Below the pieces are notes generated by a model that saw nothing but the letters and a program-made list of their open reading frames with translations, was not told the origin of the DNA and did not search any database. A DNA stretch of 63,874 nucleotides, filler included, from Octopus bimaculoides (taxonomy: Eukaryota), in NCBI RefSeq assembly GCF_001194135.2. It is 7 parts of 6 records of this genome, joined end to end, with 100 filler letters (N's around TTAATTAATTAA, not from the genome) between each part and the next. Parts side by side here need not be neighbours in the genome. Positions count along the whole stretch, not along the records: positions 1 to 23,038 come from NC_068981.1; 6 more parts are not named here. One strand, written 5' to 3'. Below, piece after piece: positions 1 through 11,330 of the stretch. Within the stretch, counting starts at the first letter, position 1. The number at the start of each line of letters is the position of its first letter. A program made the position numbers and the translations under genes.

Positions 1-59
<59 letters not shown>

Positions 60-100
60 GCATGTATGTATATGCATATACACACATATGCACACAAATG
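1..100. repeat. (TA)n / TA-CA compound microsatellite
   Basis: Direct: near-pure TA dinucleotide run at 1-58 decaying into TACA/CA units. Confidence 0.95.
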
Positions 101-288
101 CCTTTGTATGTGATGGTAGAAAACACGCGTGCGCAAAATAGAAAAATGGCACGGAATATGCATATCAGATTTTTATGGTGTTTGTTAGAAGAGAAAAACT
201 TGATTAATCGTTTACTCTGAGTTTCTCGTTTCTGATCATCACAAAAATACAAAATAGCATAGCTCTTTCTCAAATCTCACGCTCTTGG

Positions 289-361
<73 letters not shown>
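289..361. repeat. (TATC)n tetranucleotide microsatellite
   Basis: Direct: uninterrupted TATC run. Confidence 0.95.
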
Positions 362-447
362 AAGCGTAGATACGTGGTAAATAGTATGCTTCCCAATCAT
401 ATATTTCCGGGTTCAGTTCCACTGCATGGTACTTTCGGTAAATGTCA
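362..447 (+). mobile_element. SINE family B, 5' head fragment (tRNA-derived)
   Basis: GTGGTAA...GCTTCCCAATCAT...CCGGGTTCAGTTCCACTGCATGG matches the heads at 30010, 47270 and 50520; B-box-like GGTTCAGTTCC. Confidence 0.7.
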
Positions 448-487
<40 letters not shown>

Positions 488-910
488 CATCTATCTATCN
501 NNNNNNNNNNNNNNNNNNNNNNNNNNNNNNNNNNNNNNNNNNNNNNNNNNNNNNNNNNNNNNNNNNNNNNNNNNNNNNNNNNNNNNNNNNNNNNNNNNNN
601 NNNNNNNNNNNNNNNNNNNNNNNNNNNNNNNNNNNNNNNNNNNNNNNNNNNNNNNNNNNNNNNNNNNNNNNNNNNNNNNNNNNNNNNNNNNNNNNNNNNN
701 NNNNNNNNNNNNNNNNNNNNNNNNNNNNNNNNNNNNNNNNNNNNNNNNNNNNNNNNNNNNNNNNNNNNNNNNNNNNNNNNNNNNNNNNNNNNNNNNNNNN
801 NNNNNNNNNNNNNNNNNNNNNNNNNNNNNNNNNNNNNNNNNNNNNNNNNNNNNNNNNNNNNNNNNNNNNNNNNNNNNNNNNNNNNNNNNNNNNNNNNNNN
901 NNNNNNNNNN

Positions 911-961
<51 letters not shown>

Positions 962-1009
962 CATACATACATACATACATACATACATACATACATACAC
1001 ACACACACA

Positions 1010-1336
1010 AAGTTCAGCTGTCGGAGTGACAAGGCCATCTAGAAGTGAGTCCGATTCCCGGACCGGGACATGTAATGTGTTCTTGAGTAAGATACTTTAT
1101 TTCATGCTGCTTCAGTTCACTCAGCTGTAGAAAGTAGTTGCGATGTCACTGGTGCCAAGCTGTATCGGCCTTTGCCTTTCCCTTGGATAACATCGGGGTA
1201 TGACGAGGGGTGGCTGATATGCAAGCACGACTGCTGGTCCTCCATAAACAACCTTGCCCGGACTTGTGCCCCGGAGAGGAACTTTGTAGGTGCAATCGCA
1301 TGGTCATTCATGACCGAAGGGTATCTTTAGCCTTTA
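1010..1336 (+). mobile_element. SINE family C-related degenerate copy
   Basis: B-box-like GAGTCCGATTCC followed by GTGTTCTTGAGTAAGATACTTTATTTCATGCTGCTTCAGTTCACTCAGCTG, a module shared with copies at 23140-23445 and 27692-27990. Confidence 0.5.
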
Positions 1337-1894
1337 CTCTAAATTACGATACACTCTCTAGAATCTGAGATAATGTTAGTAAATCATGAATTTATACTGT
1401 ACAACGATGTTTGTCTAATTTCATTAGCACGGCTTGACTCGATCTGAGGCTATTGTAGATATGATACTTTCCCACTATACTTCCTAGTGGAATTGAACCC
1501 GGAATCACAGCGTGTGAGTGGTCAGCCGATAAATTACCTACTCAACAAGCTATAATCATCTTTGTTTGTGTGTGTGTGTAATTCATAGTATAACATAATT
1601 ATTCTCGGAAATGATAGCTTAGTCTGATACTCAAAATCACATAATGTCTTCACCAATTTTCTATCAGGTTTCAAATTACTCTATTAAATTCGAAATTTAA
1701 ATACATTCTTTCGGCGTTTAGGATGGTTTAATTTCTGAATGATATTCTGAATCTAGATTTAGAGAAAATACAACTTCAGTGAAAATTTATTTGTGTAATT
1801 CGATAGATTAAGCATGTCAAGCGTATTTCGTAACTATATTCAACGAAACGATTGGACGATCATTGTGCTCAATCTCTCCTCTTCCTTCCCCACA

Positions 1895-2019
1895 CACTCT
1901 TTCTCTCTCACTCTTTCTCTCTCACTCTTTCTCTCTCACTCTTTCTCTCTCACTCTTTCTCTTTTTTCCTTATTCTGAAGAGAGAGCGAGAGACAGAGAG
2001 ACAGAGAGAGAGAGATACA

Positions 2020-2067
<48 letters not shown>

Positions 2068-2122
2068 GACAGAGAGAGAGACAGAGAGACAGACAGACAG
2101 AGAGACAGACAGACAGACAGAC
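1895..2122. repeat. CT-rich 14-bp tandem (CTCTCTCACTCTTT)n followed by (GA)n/(GACA)n
   Basis: Direct reading: pyrimidine tract 1895-1965, purine tract 1978-2122. Confidence 0.9.
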
Positions 2123-2274
2123 GAGGTTATCGTTTATTCCTCAATAACTTCCTTCTATTTTCTTTCTTAATATAAATCATTATTCACATGAGAACAGTTT
2201 AAAAGACAGCTAGCATACTCATTCCTGATATTATAAGTAAAAAGACGAAAAAATTTAATAATAAGTAAAAAAAG

Positions 2275-2492
2275 TTATAATTTAGAAACAAGGCAAGCAG
2301 TTTTGAGAATAGGGGAAGTAGTTGATATCACCGACATCATATTTGAATGGTGCTCCAATTTTATAAACCTTGGAGGACGGATGAGATACTGAACTGACCT
2401 CAGCTGGATTTGTATTCAGAACGTGAAGTGTCAGAGAAAATACAAGGCAATATTTCTGACGCTTTAACGATTCTAGCAATCGACTGCCTTGA
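2275..2492 (-). mobile_element. SINE family A, old degenerate copy
   Basis: Reverse complement aligns by eye along head, core and CCCCT..CAAAA..GCCTTGT tail of family A. Confidence 0.6.
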
Positions 2493-2507
2493 TGAAACAT
2501 AAAAGTG

Positions 2508-2741
2508 AAGGCGGCGAGCTGGCAGAAACGTTAGCACGTCGGGCGAAATGCTTAGCGGTATTTCGTCTGCCGCTACGTTCTGAGTTCAAGTTCCGCCGAG
2601 GTCGACTTAGCCTTTCATCCTTTCGGGGTCGATTAAATAAGTACCATTTACGCACTGGGGTCGATGTAATCGACTTAATCCGTTTGTCTGTCCTTGTTTG
2701 TCCCCTCTATGTTTAGCCCCTTATGGGCAATAAAGAAATAA
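2508..2741 (+). mobile_element. SINE family A, young subfamily (tRNA-like head plus central domain resembling the Meta-SINE core)
   Basis: GGCGGCGAGCTGGCAGAAACG head, GTTCAAGTTCC B-box, core GTCGACTTAGCCTTTCATCCTTTCGGGGTCGAT; flanked by GAAACATAAAAGTGAAG (2494-2510) and GAAACATGAAAGTTAAG (2742-2758). The Meta-domain label is from recall of that consensus. Confidence 0.9.
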
Positions 2742-2779
2742 GAAACATGAAAGTTAAGGTTTAAAATTTTGGTACAGGG

Positions 2780-2963
2780 CCGAGAAGGAGATAAGTCGAT
2801 TATATCGATCCCATTGCTTAACTGGTACTTATTTTATCAATTTGGAAAGAACGAAAGTCAAAGTCGATCTCGGCCGAATTCGAATTCTGAACGTGAAGAA
2901 ATGGAAGTAATGTCGCTAAACAACTTGTCCGATGCGTTAACGCTTTTGCCAAGTCACCGCCTT
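2780..2963 (-). mobile_element. SINE family A, degenerate copy
   Basis: Reverse complement of the family A head and core. Confidence 0.75.
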
Positions 2964-3764
2964 GAAAAAGAAAAACATAAAAATAACAAAAACAACACTA
3001 ATAATAAATTTTTTTTACTCTCAGATCGGCTCTATTCGATATGAAGTGACATAAGGAATATAAACTTAGACGTAAACAAAAAAGGAAGTTTTTTTTTTAT
3101 CTTAAATAAATCGATTGTATACATTTGAATAGGTTTGATGATATAGAAACTTTTCAATAGTGTGAATACATGTGGGCGTGTGTGTGTATGTGTGTGTTTG
3201 TGTGTGTGTTTGTGTGTGTGTGCGTGTGTGTGCTGAATATTCGATTAGTAAAATAAACTAACTTATTGTCTACAATCAAATAAATATAATTTTAGTAAAC
3301 AGACTTGGCGACGTCAACTTCTGTTTAGAAATTAGAAACAAATAATTTTTAAAAAAATAAGTAAGCAAACTGCCTGGTAGGTCGTTAGTACTCAATTTCA
3401 CATAAATACCACTTTTTTGCAAGCTAAAGTATTTTCGATATAACAAAACAAAAATTTTGTTAGAAAGACTATCTTGCTTCTTTAGAGCCGTATTTTCCAT
3501 ACATACAAGTCGACTCATTATGAAATGTAAACGTTCAGGCATCATCGTTATTTTTAGAAACCCTACAGTATTTCACATGGAATTTTTTGTCCTCCAAACT
3601 CGTCTTGGTGTATAAGTCGACCAACCATTTTGCTGTAAATTTAGGTCTGAAAAATTCGACTTGTATGCCAGAAAATACGGTATTTCAGCTCCCAAATGTT
3701 GTACAGTTTTTATAAAGCGACAATGGAAACCTATTCCCATATTTAAAACTGTAGTGATGTTGAA

Positions 3765-3940
3765 CACACAGACATCTGAGATCAGATCCCCGCCCCCAAA
3801 AGCGCCATTCGGTTAACTTACTCGGAGTCATTCGCCAACATTCTCTTAAGTCAACCAACGCGCTGTCTCCTCGCTTTGCCTTTTCTACCGTTTCTACAAT
3901 GGCCAGTGCTCTTCAGAGCTGGTTGCTAAAGAGATGCTAA
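3765..3940 (+). pseudogene. Jockey/I-group LINE ORF2 C-terminal remnant
   Basis: Frameshifted translation DQIPAPKSAIRL.. / QRAVSSLCLFYRFYNGQCSSELV resembles the RRxVASLxLFYRxYxGxCSxEL motif at the end of Jockey-like RTs. Confidence 0.5.
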
Positions 3941-4319
3941 AGCTTTTTCATTACTAGCCCCAGTGGTTTAACTGGGTTTCCTTCGGCATAAGGGTAACAC
4001 GCTTAGCATGATGCTGATACCGAAGAAACAATGCAAGCAATACTCACTTTAATCCCACTCTGCTGGTTTAAATAATGTCTGAAACATTATGTCTGAGAAA
4101 AATAAATAGCATGATGGTAACAGCTGGAAAGGTTTTTGATCTTAAGTCTCCGGTAAGAGATAACATGACCTAAACAAGAGCAGCAGCAGCAGCAATAACA
4201 ACAACAACAACAACAACAACGTTTAATACGATCGGCACAAATAGCTACGTTTAAAGGATATTTTTGGAAAGAAAATACTAGGTAAGCCTTTTGCTAGAAA
4301 GAAAAATGTGGCAATAAAC

Positions 4320-4541
4320 TACGCGGCGCTGCTGTAAAGTTCCTGGATTTGGATAAAAGAAAATACTGGAGGATCAGTTAATTATGATTTTATTCAACAT
4401 TTTCCCCTCTCAGATTCACACACTTATCGCAGTGGTCCTTCAGTTTTTCTAAGCCCTGTAAAAGAACTCGGAACTTTGGGCATCTAACCAGGCCTTTTGC
4501 TAAACTCTTAAAGCCAGGAACTTTTCAGCACCCCACTCGTA
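4320..4541. mobile_element. Tc1/mariner-type MITE
   Basis: Imperfect TIRs TACGCGGCGCTGCTGTAAAGTTCCTGGATTT and AAAGCCAGGAACTTTTCAGCACCCCACTCGTA; TA at both ends; no ORF. Confidence 0.7.
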
Positions 4542-4542
4542 G

Positions 4543-4910
4543 TCTATAATATAAATTGAAGTTGGCCGACCGTTGTATTCTTTCTTGTCTTGAGGTTCAC
4601 GGCCAAACGGCTGGGTGGATTCGCGTGAAAAATGGCACACATGTGGAGACGGGTGCATAGATTGGAACGCGCTTTATATTTTTTCCTAGCCCCCATACTT
4701 ACAGAGAAAATCGATTAAAACAACCTGCGTGCGTGCGTGCGTGTATTTTCTGACGTGAGGGGGGTGAAATCTTCATACAGCTGGAGGCTCCAATCGAAAC
4801 GGGACACGAAATGATCAGGTTGAGAAATGCTGTTATAGATTATGCCTAACCGAAAATATTCACAGCCACATCATCCAAACAGACTGGGTGAAACCGGGTT
4901 TAGCTGCTAG
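4543..4910 (+). mobile_element. Non-autonomous Helitron-like element
   Basis: 5' TCTATAATATAAA, internal (GCGT)n, 3' GGGTGAAACCGGGTTTAGCTGCTAG followed by T (CTAG/T terminus). Confidence 0.5.
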
Positions 4911-6504
4911 TGTCATATATAAGAGAAGTGATGTTTCAATAGCTTATGATTTTCGGCGGGAAAACTAATTAGTTTTTGATGGTTTGTGGAAAATAATTAT
5001 ATTTTTATCTTTTCTCTTTAGAATAACCCTACCCTCAAACGTTGCAACCTAGTCCCACCCAGCGAAGTACATTCACTTTTAAATTTGCAAATGTCATTAA
5101 TAAAAGTTTTACAATGTAGTTTTCGTCAGTACATTTTTTTTATTCAGACTCACTTTTTTTATTCTTGATTCAGCCAGAAATTTTGATTAGCAGAAACATG
5201 AAATTTTTCTACCAGTTTTGTTTAAAATAAATAGAGATGTATATAGTTAAAAAAAAAGTTTATAACATATAAACCATTCTGTTGCATCGGAAATTCTAAA
5301 AGGAAAATTAATAATAATTATTTGCTGTGAAAGTGAGAGTTGGTATTCTGCTCCGAGCAGTTTTTTCTAAACACAAGTTAGCGTATCCAATTCTGTTTAC
5401 TAAAATTATACTTATTTGACTGCAGACAATAAGTTATATTTCACTAAAATAATACGATATGTTAATATATATACATATATACATACATACTTACATACAT
5501 ACANNNNNNNNNNNNNNNNNNNNNNNNNNNNNNNNNNNNNNNNNNNNNNNNNNNNNNNNNNNNNNNNNNNNNNNNNNNNNNNNNNTATGTATATATATAT
5601 GTACGCACATATACATACGTACTCTCATACACACACACACACACATATTACATATTGCACACCGACACACGCAAACATACATGCCATTGATTAGTTTTTT
5701 TTATCCTCAAACCTATTCAAGTGCACTCAGTCGATTTGGTTTAAAAAAAAAAACAAAAGAAATCCTTTTACATTTATTCATATTAGTTTCACTCTGTCTC
5801 GAAAAAAATAATGAATTTATTATTAACTCGTTATCAAATTGGGTATCGTTTCGAATAATAATGGGTTGACTAATAATGGGATGCTGTACATTGCTGTGGA
5901 GTTTTGACGTTCCTTTCGCAACCATTTAGTTGTATATTTAATCTTACAGAACGGCTTTTGGATAAAGGTTTTTACTATAACTCTGTTTGAGTAATATCAT
6001 CTGAGTGTAGAAGCCCCGCGTATATGTATGTGTGTGTTCATATTATTTTTCAGATGAATATTAACGAAAGATAAAAACATCAGCAAGGAAAACATTAAAC
6101 CAGTGGTTTCAAACAAAGATATCTCATTGTTTTTGCTCCTTCCAAGTTGTTCAGACGTTTTCTTATCAATTTCTATCGTAGTCCTTCACTATTCTACTCA
6201 CAACTTCATTATTCCAAATCCTACACGTAGCTCACTCTTAGTTATATTGCAGTTATTCAGGTAAAATAAAAATCTAGAACACGCAGAAAAATCCATTCAT
6301 TCCAAAACTAGATGGTTTTTACTCAGTAATACGAATCCAGCAAGAACTCAGTCCATATAATCACCAAACTCTCCAATATTTTTCTCTTTTCAGGAATTTA
6401 TCTTGATCTTTGGAAACACGCTACAATGCTTTTCTTCCTGCCAACAACGCTCTATCATAGTCACCGTATCTGTAAGACAATGAAGACAGACATCAACAAT
6501 GATA

Positions 6505-6580
6505 CAGTTCTATATTTAAGACATGTGGAATTATGTACATTATTTACGTTATTTACAATTGACGGATATTTGTCCTCAAC
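6505..6580 (-). mobile_element. Inverted partial Penelope-like terminal repeat (pLTR end)
   Basis: AGTTCTATATTTAAGACATGTGGAATTATGTACATTATTTAC..TTGACGGATATTTGTCCTCA matches 29467-29530. Confidence 0.75.
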
Positions 6581-7229
6581 TCCCACCATCCATACAGGGT
6601 AAAAAGAGGGATTGCTCAGTGCCTAAAACATCGAGCAATGAATATAAGTAGCTACCACGAAGAAATAATGAAGCTCAGTAACAATCTATTAAACAACAAC
6701 TACCCCAAAAGTATACTTTCCACTCCATTTATGAAGAAAAGAGAGTATGAAACCGATAAACTGTCCACAGTCTGTCTACCCTATGTGAAAGGCCTCTCCT
6801 AAAAGGTACAAAAGATATGCAGCCCATATGACATCAGGACAGTATTCAAAAGTTATACAACACTTCGCAAATATCTTCGAGTAAAACCACCAATAGAAGA
6901 GAATATGACTAAGTAGCTGTGGTAGGTTATACAAAGGTGAAACATATCACCCCCTCAAAATAAGAGTAGAGGAACATCACAAAGCTGTGACACGGGGTGA
7001 TACTGATAAATCCGGTATAGCTGATCATTTATGGAAAAAAATGGAGACCACCTCCCCCTGTGGGATGAAGTTAAAATAATAGACAGAGAACATCACTGAA
7101 AAATAGGAAAACTAAAAGAAACAGCACATATGCTAGGACACAACAACCTCCTAAGCAGACCGAGTGCAGATATGAACAGCATATGGGAACCGGTATTAAG
7201 GAAGCATAGGAGAATATTAGATTTATAAG
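6580..7229 (+). pseudogene. Penelope-like element, RT thumb plus GIY-YIG endonuclease remnant
   Basis: With stops and frameshifts: HHPYRVKRGIAQCLKHRAMNI..LPYVKGLS*KVQKICSPYDIRTVFKSYTTLRKYL..SCGRLYKGETYHPLKIRVEEHHKAV..SGIADHLW..WDEVKIIDREHH*KIGKLKETAHM, the typical PLE C-terminus. Confidence 0.85.
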
Positions 7230-7248
7230 CCCTAAAATTCACTCCATA

Positions 7249-7324
7249 ATTGCCCACAGGCGGGCGTAGTGGTTAAGAGTGAAGTTACTAACCTCAAGAT
7301 TCCAAGTTCGATTCCAGGCAGTGT

Positions 7325-7374
<50 letters not shown>

Positions 7375-7376
7375 GC

Positions 7377-7436
<60 letters not shown>

Positions 7437-7600
7437 AATAATAATAATAACAACAACAACATCGAAAAAATACCTTAGGGAAAAATACCCAGGTTCGAAA
7501 TTTCCCAAAGACACCTGATGAAGGCTGGAAGGTATATCAGCCGAAACGTCAATTGTAAATAATGTAAATAATATTAACAATGACGTTTTCAAACATTGAA
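7249..7600 (+). mobile_element. PLE terminal repeat containing tRNA-like head, (AAT)n(AAC)n and hammerhead motif
   Basis: A-box GGGCGTAGTGG (about 7262-7272), B-box AGTTCGATTCC (about 7305-7315), microsatellite 7329-7460, then the block shared with 29680-29825. Confidence 0.75.
7510..7550 (+). ncRNA. Minimal type-I hammerhead ribozyme motif, stem I 3' arm lost
   Basis: GACAC CTGATGA A GGCTG-10nt-CAGCC GAAAC GTC; the following AATTG does not pair with GACAC. Confidence 0.5.
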
Positions 7601-7618
7601 TATATCTCTCCCTTGTAA

Positions 7619-7860
7619 TCGAGATCCGGATTCCGTGAAGCCAGATTCACTTGTGGTCTACGCTACAAAGTCATCCACCAGTGGGTTCTCACCTTGGAGG
7701 AATTTGATGTAAGCGCTGTTGTAGCCATTGGCATCAGTAAGACTCTAGATCATATCCAATAAAATAAACCTCCTTTCAAAACAACCCATATTTTATCTCT
7801 ACTCGTTACTCATCTCTTGGGCTGGTAGCTTCTTATCATGGCGTGGCTTGAGAGAGATAT
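7619..7860 (+). pseudogene. Jockey/I-group LINE RT remnant
   Basis: SGFREARFTCGLRYKVIHQWVLTLEEFDVSAVVAIGISKTLDHIQ matches the GFRxxRSTxDL..W..L....VVALDISKAFD pattern; downstream ISWAGSFLSWR matches WIxSFLxxR. Confidence 0.65.
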
Positions 7861-7937
7861 TTATGTTCCGCAGCTTGTCAACACTGGTATCCGCTAAGCA
7901 TTTTGCCACTTCGCCACCTTAGATACGATTATGATAT

Positions 7938-8153
7938 TGATTTCAAATTTTGGCACAAGGCCAGCAGTTTCGGGGAGAGGGCAAGTCGATTGCACCGACC
8001 TCATTACTTCACTGATACTTATTTTATCGACTCCGAAAAGTTGAAAGGCAAAATCGACCTCGGCAGAATTTGAACTCAGAACGTAAAGATGGAGGAAATG
8101 CCGCTAAGCATTTTTTTCCGGCATGCTAACGATTCTGCCAGCTTGTCACCGTT
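7938..8153 (-). mobile_element. SINE family A, older-tail copy
   Basis: Reverse complement of head and core with GGCCTTGTGCCAAAATTTGAAA tail. Confidence 0.8.
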
Positions 8154-8316
8154 AATAAATTGCATAGCGAGCCGCTACAGAGGATCGAACACGTACCTTT
8201 CGAACTCCAGTAAAGTGTGTTGTACCATTAACCTGAGAGACTTATGACAGATACGATTATAATATTTTAGAATGTAAAATATGGGTCTCGATTAGCATTT
8301 CCCATGAATATTTTCA

Positions 8317-8363
<47 letters not shown>

Positions 8364-8470
8364 TAAATAGTATCAGATTGCCATATCACGGCCGTGTCTA
8401 ACGAGTCGCCATGCTTGGCCGCTAAATCCACAAGTTTTTTTTTTATTCTTTTCGTTTATTTTCTCGTATT

Positions 8471-8508
8471 TCTTTCTGTTGAAGAGCGTAGGCTCGAAAC
8501 GTAAAAGA
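8471..8508 (+). ncRNA. Minimal type-I hammerhead-like motif, second family
   Basis: TCTTT CTGTTGA A GAGC-GTAG-GCTC GAAAC GTA AAAGA: 5-bp stem I, 4-bp stem II, loopless ACGT stem III; core has U at position 6. Confidence 0.5.
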
Positions 8509-8699
8509 CTTTTTCATTTTTCTGAGCGTCAAACTAATACACCTTCTTGTTGTTCATACACCTTTTGTTTTTCTGTAACTTTCAACTATATACTGACTTG
8601 CTTACATATATCATTAACACCAAAGTTACAACGTCGTTGCTGATATCTTTTAATGCATTTAATCAAGTTAAAATAATATCTCGAGCCTACAGACTTATT

Positions 8700-8950
8700 A
8701 GGCCAGAGCTAATCCAGTTTCCGTAGTGTTTAAGCGACTCATAGTACAAGGTTACCTCCTGGTTAGGGCACCAATCTATTTCAGCGTTAAAGTTCTCTTC
8801 GAGCTGACGCTGTGCTTGCTTTTCAACCCAGTGGACTACGGCAACATGAAATTAAGTGCATTGCTAAAGAACATAGTTTCAGTCAGGTCAGAGAATTGAA
8901 CCTATGACTTGACGATCGTGAGTCCAGCACCCAAACCCTTACACCACACG
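8700..8950 (-). mobile_element. SINE family C degenerate copy
   Basis: GAGAATTGAACCTATGACTTGACGATCGTGAGTCCAGCACCCAAACC is the reverse complement of a tRNA-like head; central module as in other family C copies. Confidence 0.55.
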
Positions 8951-9713
8951 TCTAACTGTTTACTATTTTTACTCTTACCTCTGAAAAGGGCATTGCTATA
9001 CTGGGGAGTTTACATCTAGAACTTATAGTATATCAATAACCTTACAGCGAACATTTGTTAGGCGTTTGTGTGAAACATAATTGTTATTCACAAATGATTC
9101 AAATACGGATTAGCGTCAAATTCGTTACAGCCACAGGATTAGTTCAGGTTCGTGTTAGTTTTCATAGTCATGAGTTTATGTTTATCATATCTGCAAATGA
9201 CGGGAATGATACATAGTGGATAACGTGCACAAGGAATGATTTCTCAATGCCGCAGCGTTCCCAGTGACGAATTAAATAAGTCTCTCGCTATATAAATTTA
9301 CAGATTTATCACAATTTACATAAGTGTGTTGATCCAACCCCCACACCATCCTTAACCGCTGTAGTGCTTTTAGGTTTTACGAGTCTTCAAGGAAATCGTG
9401 TGGTTATTCATTGTAATGTTACATGCGGTAACTAAAACTATTCACATGAATTTCTAATTAGGCTTTCCTAATTAAATGATGTTTTTATCATTTGTTGCTT
9501 CACAGAAGACAACATACGGTTGAAAGCGCGAGAAACGGAACTCAGAATTCCTAAGCTAATGTTAAGATTAATGGATTATATAGTTAGTGTAAATATATAG
9601 CCAAGAATTATGCTCCATCCAGTTTTAGAAATGTTACATTACGTGTTTATTAATACTAAGAAGGAAGAGAAAAAGATTTGGATACATTAAGAAAGATATA
9701 GGGAAAGAATGTA

Positions 9714-9744
<31 letters not shown>

Positions 9745-11016
9745 GAGTTAATGACAGAGCCAAGAAACAAATTATTGATATAGTGAGAGGTTTTCAGAAA
9801 ATGTAGCGTAAAGCAGCAATGTTTCTCATATGAGTAGGAACTGTGAAGATTGGATAGGATGTAGACCAATTGTTATGTACAACATCATGGTGAACAAAAA
9901 AGAATAATACAGATGAACACTGTATTTTGTCTTCTTAATAAAGAGTGGAGAGGCAAAAAATATTTTGTGTAAAGTGAATAAATAAACTTAGTGTTCGTTG
10001 CAGCAAAGTTAAACAAAATTGAAGCCAAAAAATTCTCGAGAATGTTCCAAGGCCTGTGTATTACTGGCGAAGGTGTATTTGAAAATCAAAAGAATTGATT
10101 TTTTTTCTTTCTGAATGCAGTCTCTGATATTGCTCATAAAATGGAAAGATCGCAAACTTTAGATAAATATTACATAAAGGTGTGTGTGAAAAGTTTTTCC
10201 AGCATCTTACATCAAATCAATAATAGCTCCAGGTCAATAACAGCTCGAAGTCAATTTAATATTTGATACTGACTAGAAAAGCATGTGTGAACCTCACAAA
10301 TTGTTATACTATTGAATAATAAATAATACTAAATAGACTCTTGAGACGATGGAGGTTAACACTTTATATACAGAATCTATTAAGTATGTGATATATTTAA
10401 CGTTCAGTCGTGTGAAAAAAAAAAAAAATTTTACGTGTCTAATTACTTTGGTTTAAGCATCAGACTTTCCATCTCACGTGAGTTATATAATATATTGGTG
10501 AAAATCTACTAAAGAAATTTGGCGAGGTAAAAAGAAGTCTTTCAATTACATTGAAATACATCTGATGTCTAGTCTTGGATTATTTGCGCAGCATGTAAAG
10601 AGCAGTGAATTGACCGTCGGAGAAAATGCATTTCAGTACTTCTGGCTCTTTGTATTTTGAGTTCAAATGCAGGCGAGATCAACTTTGTCTTTCATCACTT
10701 CTGAGTTGATAAAATGAAGTGCCAAGTACTGGGACCGATGGTATTGACAAATTCCCCACTTTCAAAATTTCTTTGAGTTTAGTTCCAGAATCGTTCCAAT
10801 AGCAAAAATGATTTAGTGTGGCACTTGCTGTTTAGAACAATTCCTTCTTGGCCGATTCAATTTTAGTGTCTCATTTTTCTTTTCTTGTGGAATAATGACA
10901 TATCTCTGCTTTACCTAAATTGGAAACCCTTATTTGTACGGCATGAGAAAGGTGATACATTGGCGAATCAGAGAAAAAGAAAAACAATTCTTTGCAATAT
11001 TTCTTTCGCTACTAAA

Positions 11017-11330
11017 GCAACAAGCTGCCAGAGTTGTTAGCACGCCGCGTAAAAATGTTTTTCGGCATTTCGTCCGTCTTAATGTTCTGAGTTCAATTAC
11101 CGCCGAGGTCGACTTTGCTTTTCATTCTTTCGGGGTCGATAAAATAAGTACCGATGAAATACTAGGGTCAATGTACTGGCCTTGTGCCAACATTTTAAAC
11201 CAATATTTCTTCTGCTACTTTACATTCTGAGTTAATATCGAGCAGAGATCAATTTCATCCTTTATCCTTTCAGGGTCGGTAAAACAAAATACCAATCATG
11301 TCGTAGATTCGACTGTCACTCTTCCCAAAA
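11017..11330 (+). mobile_element. Two tandem SINE family A copies (one near full, one partial)
   Basis: Core GCCGAGGTCGACTTTGCTTTTCATTCTTTCGGGGTCGATAAAATAAGTACC at about 11100-11150, repeated in degenerate form at 11225-11300. Confidence 0.75.

Noticed and set aside
374-1130. Long ORFs in the track spanning N gaps or TA/CA/TACA repeats (also at 16.3, 25.7, 37.6, 40.0, 44.3, 45.3 and 62.8 kb)
   Set aside because: They are open only because N and simple repeats lack stop codons.
7693-7744. Apparent minus-strand exon (SLTDANGYNSAYIKFLQ) with AAG/GTGAGA donor, splicing in frame to an acceptor at 6471
   Set aside because: The plus strand of the same bases reads as a collinear LINE RT motif that continues beyond the supposed exon, which is the simpler explanation.
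9506-9580. Good acceptor followed by EDNIRLKARETELRIPKL
   Set aside because: The donor is weak, I recognise no homologue and there is no partner exon.
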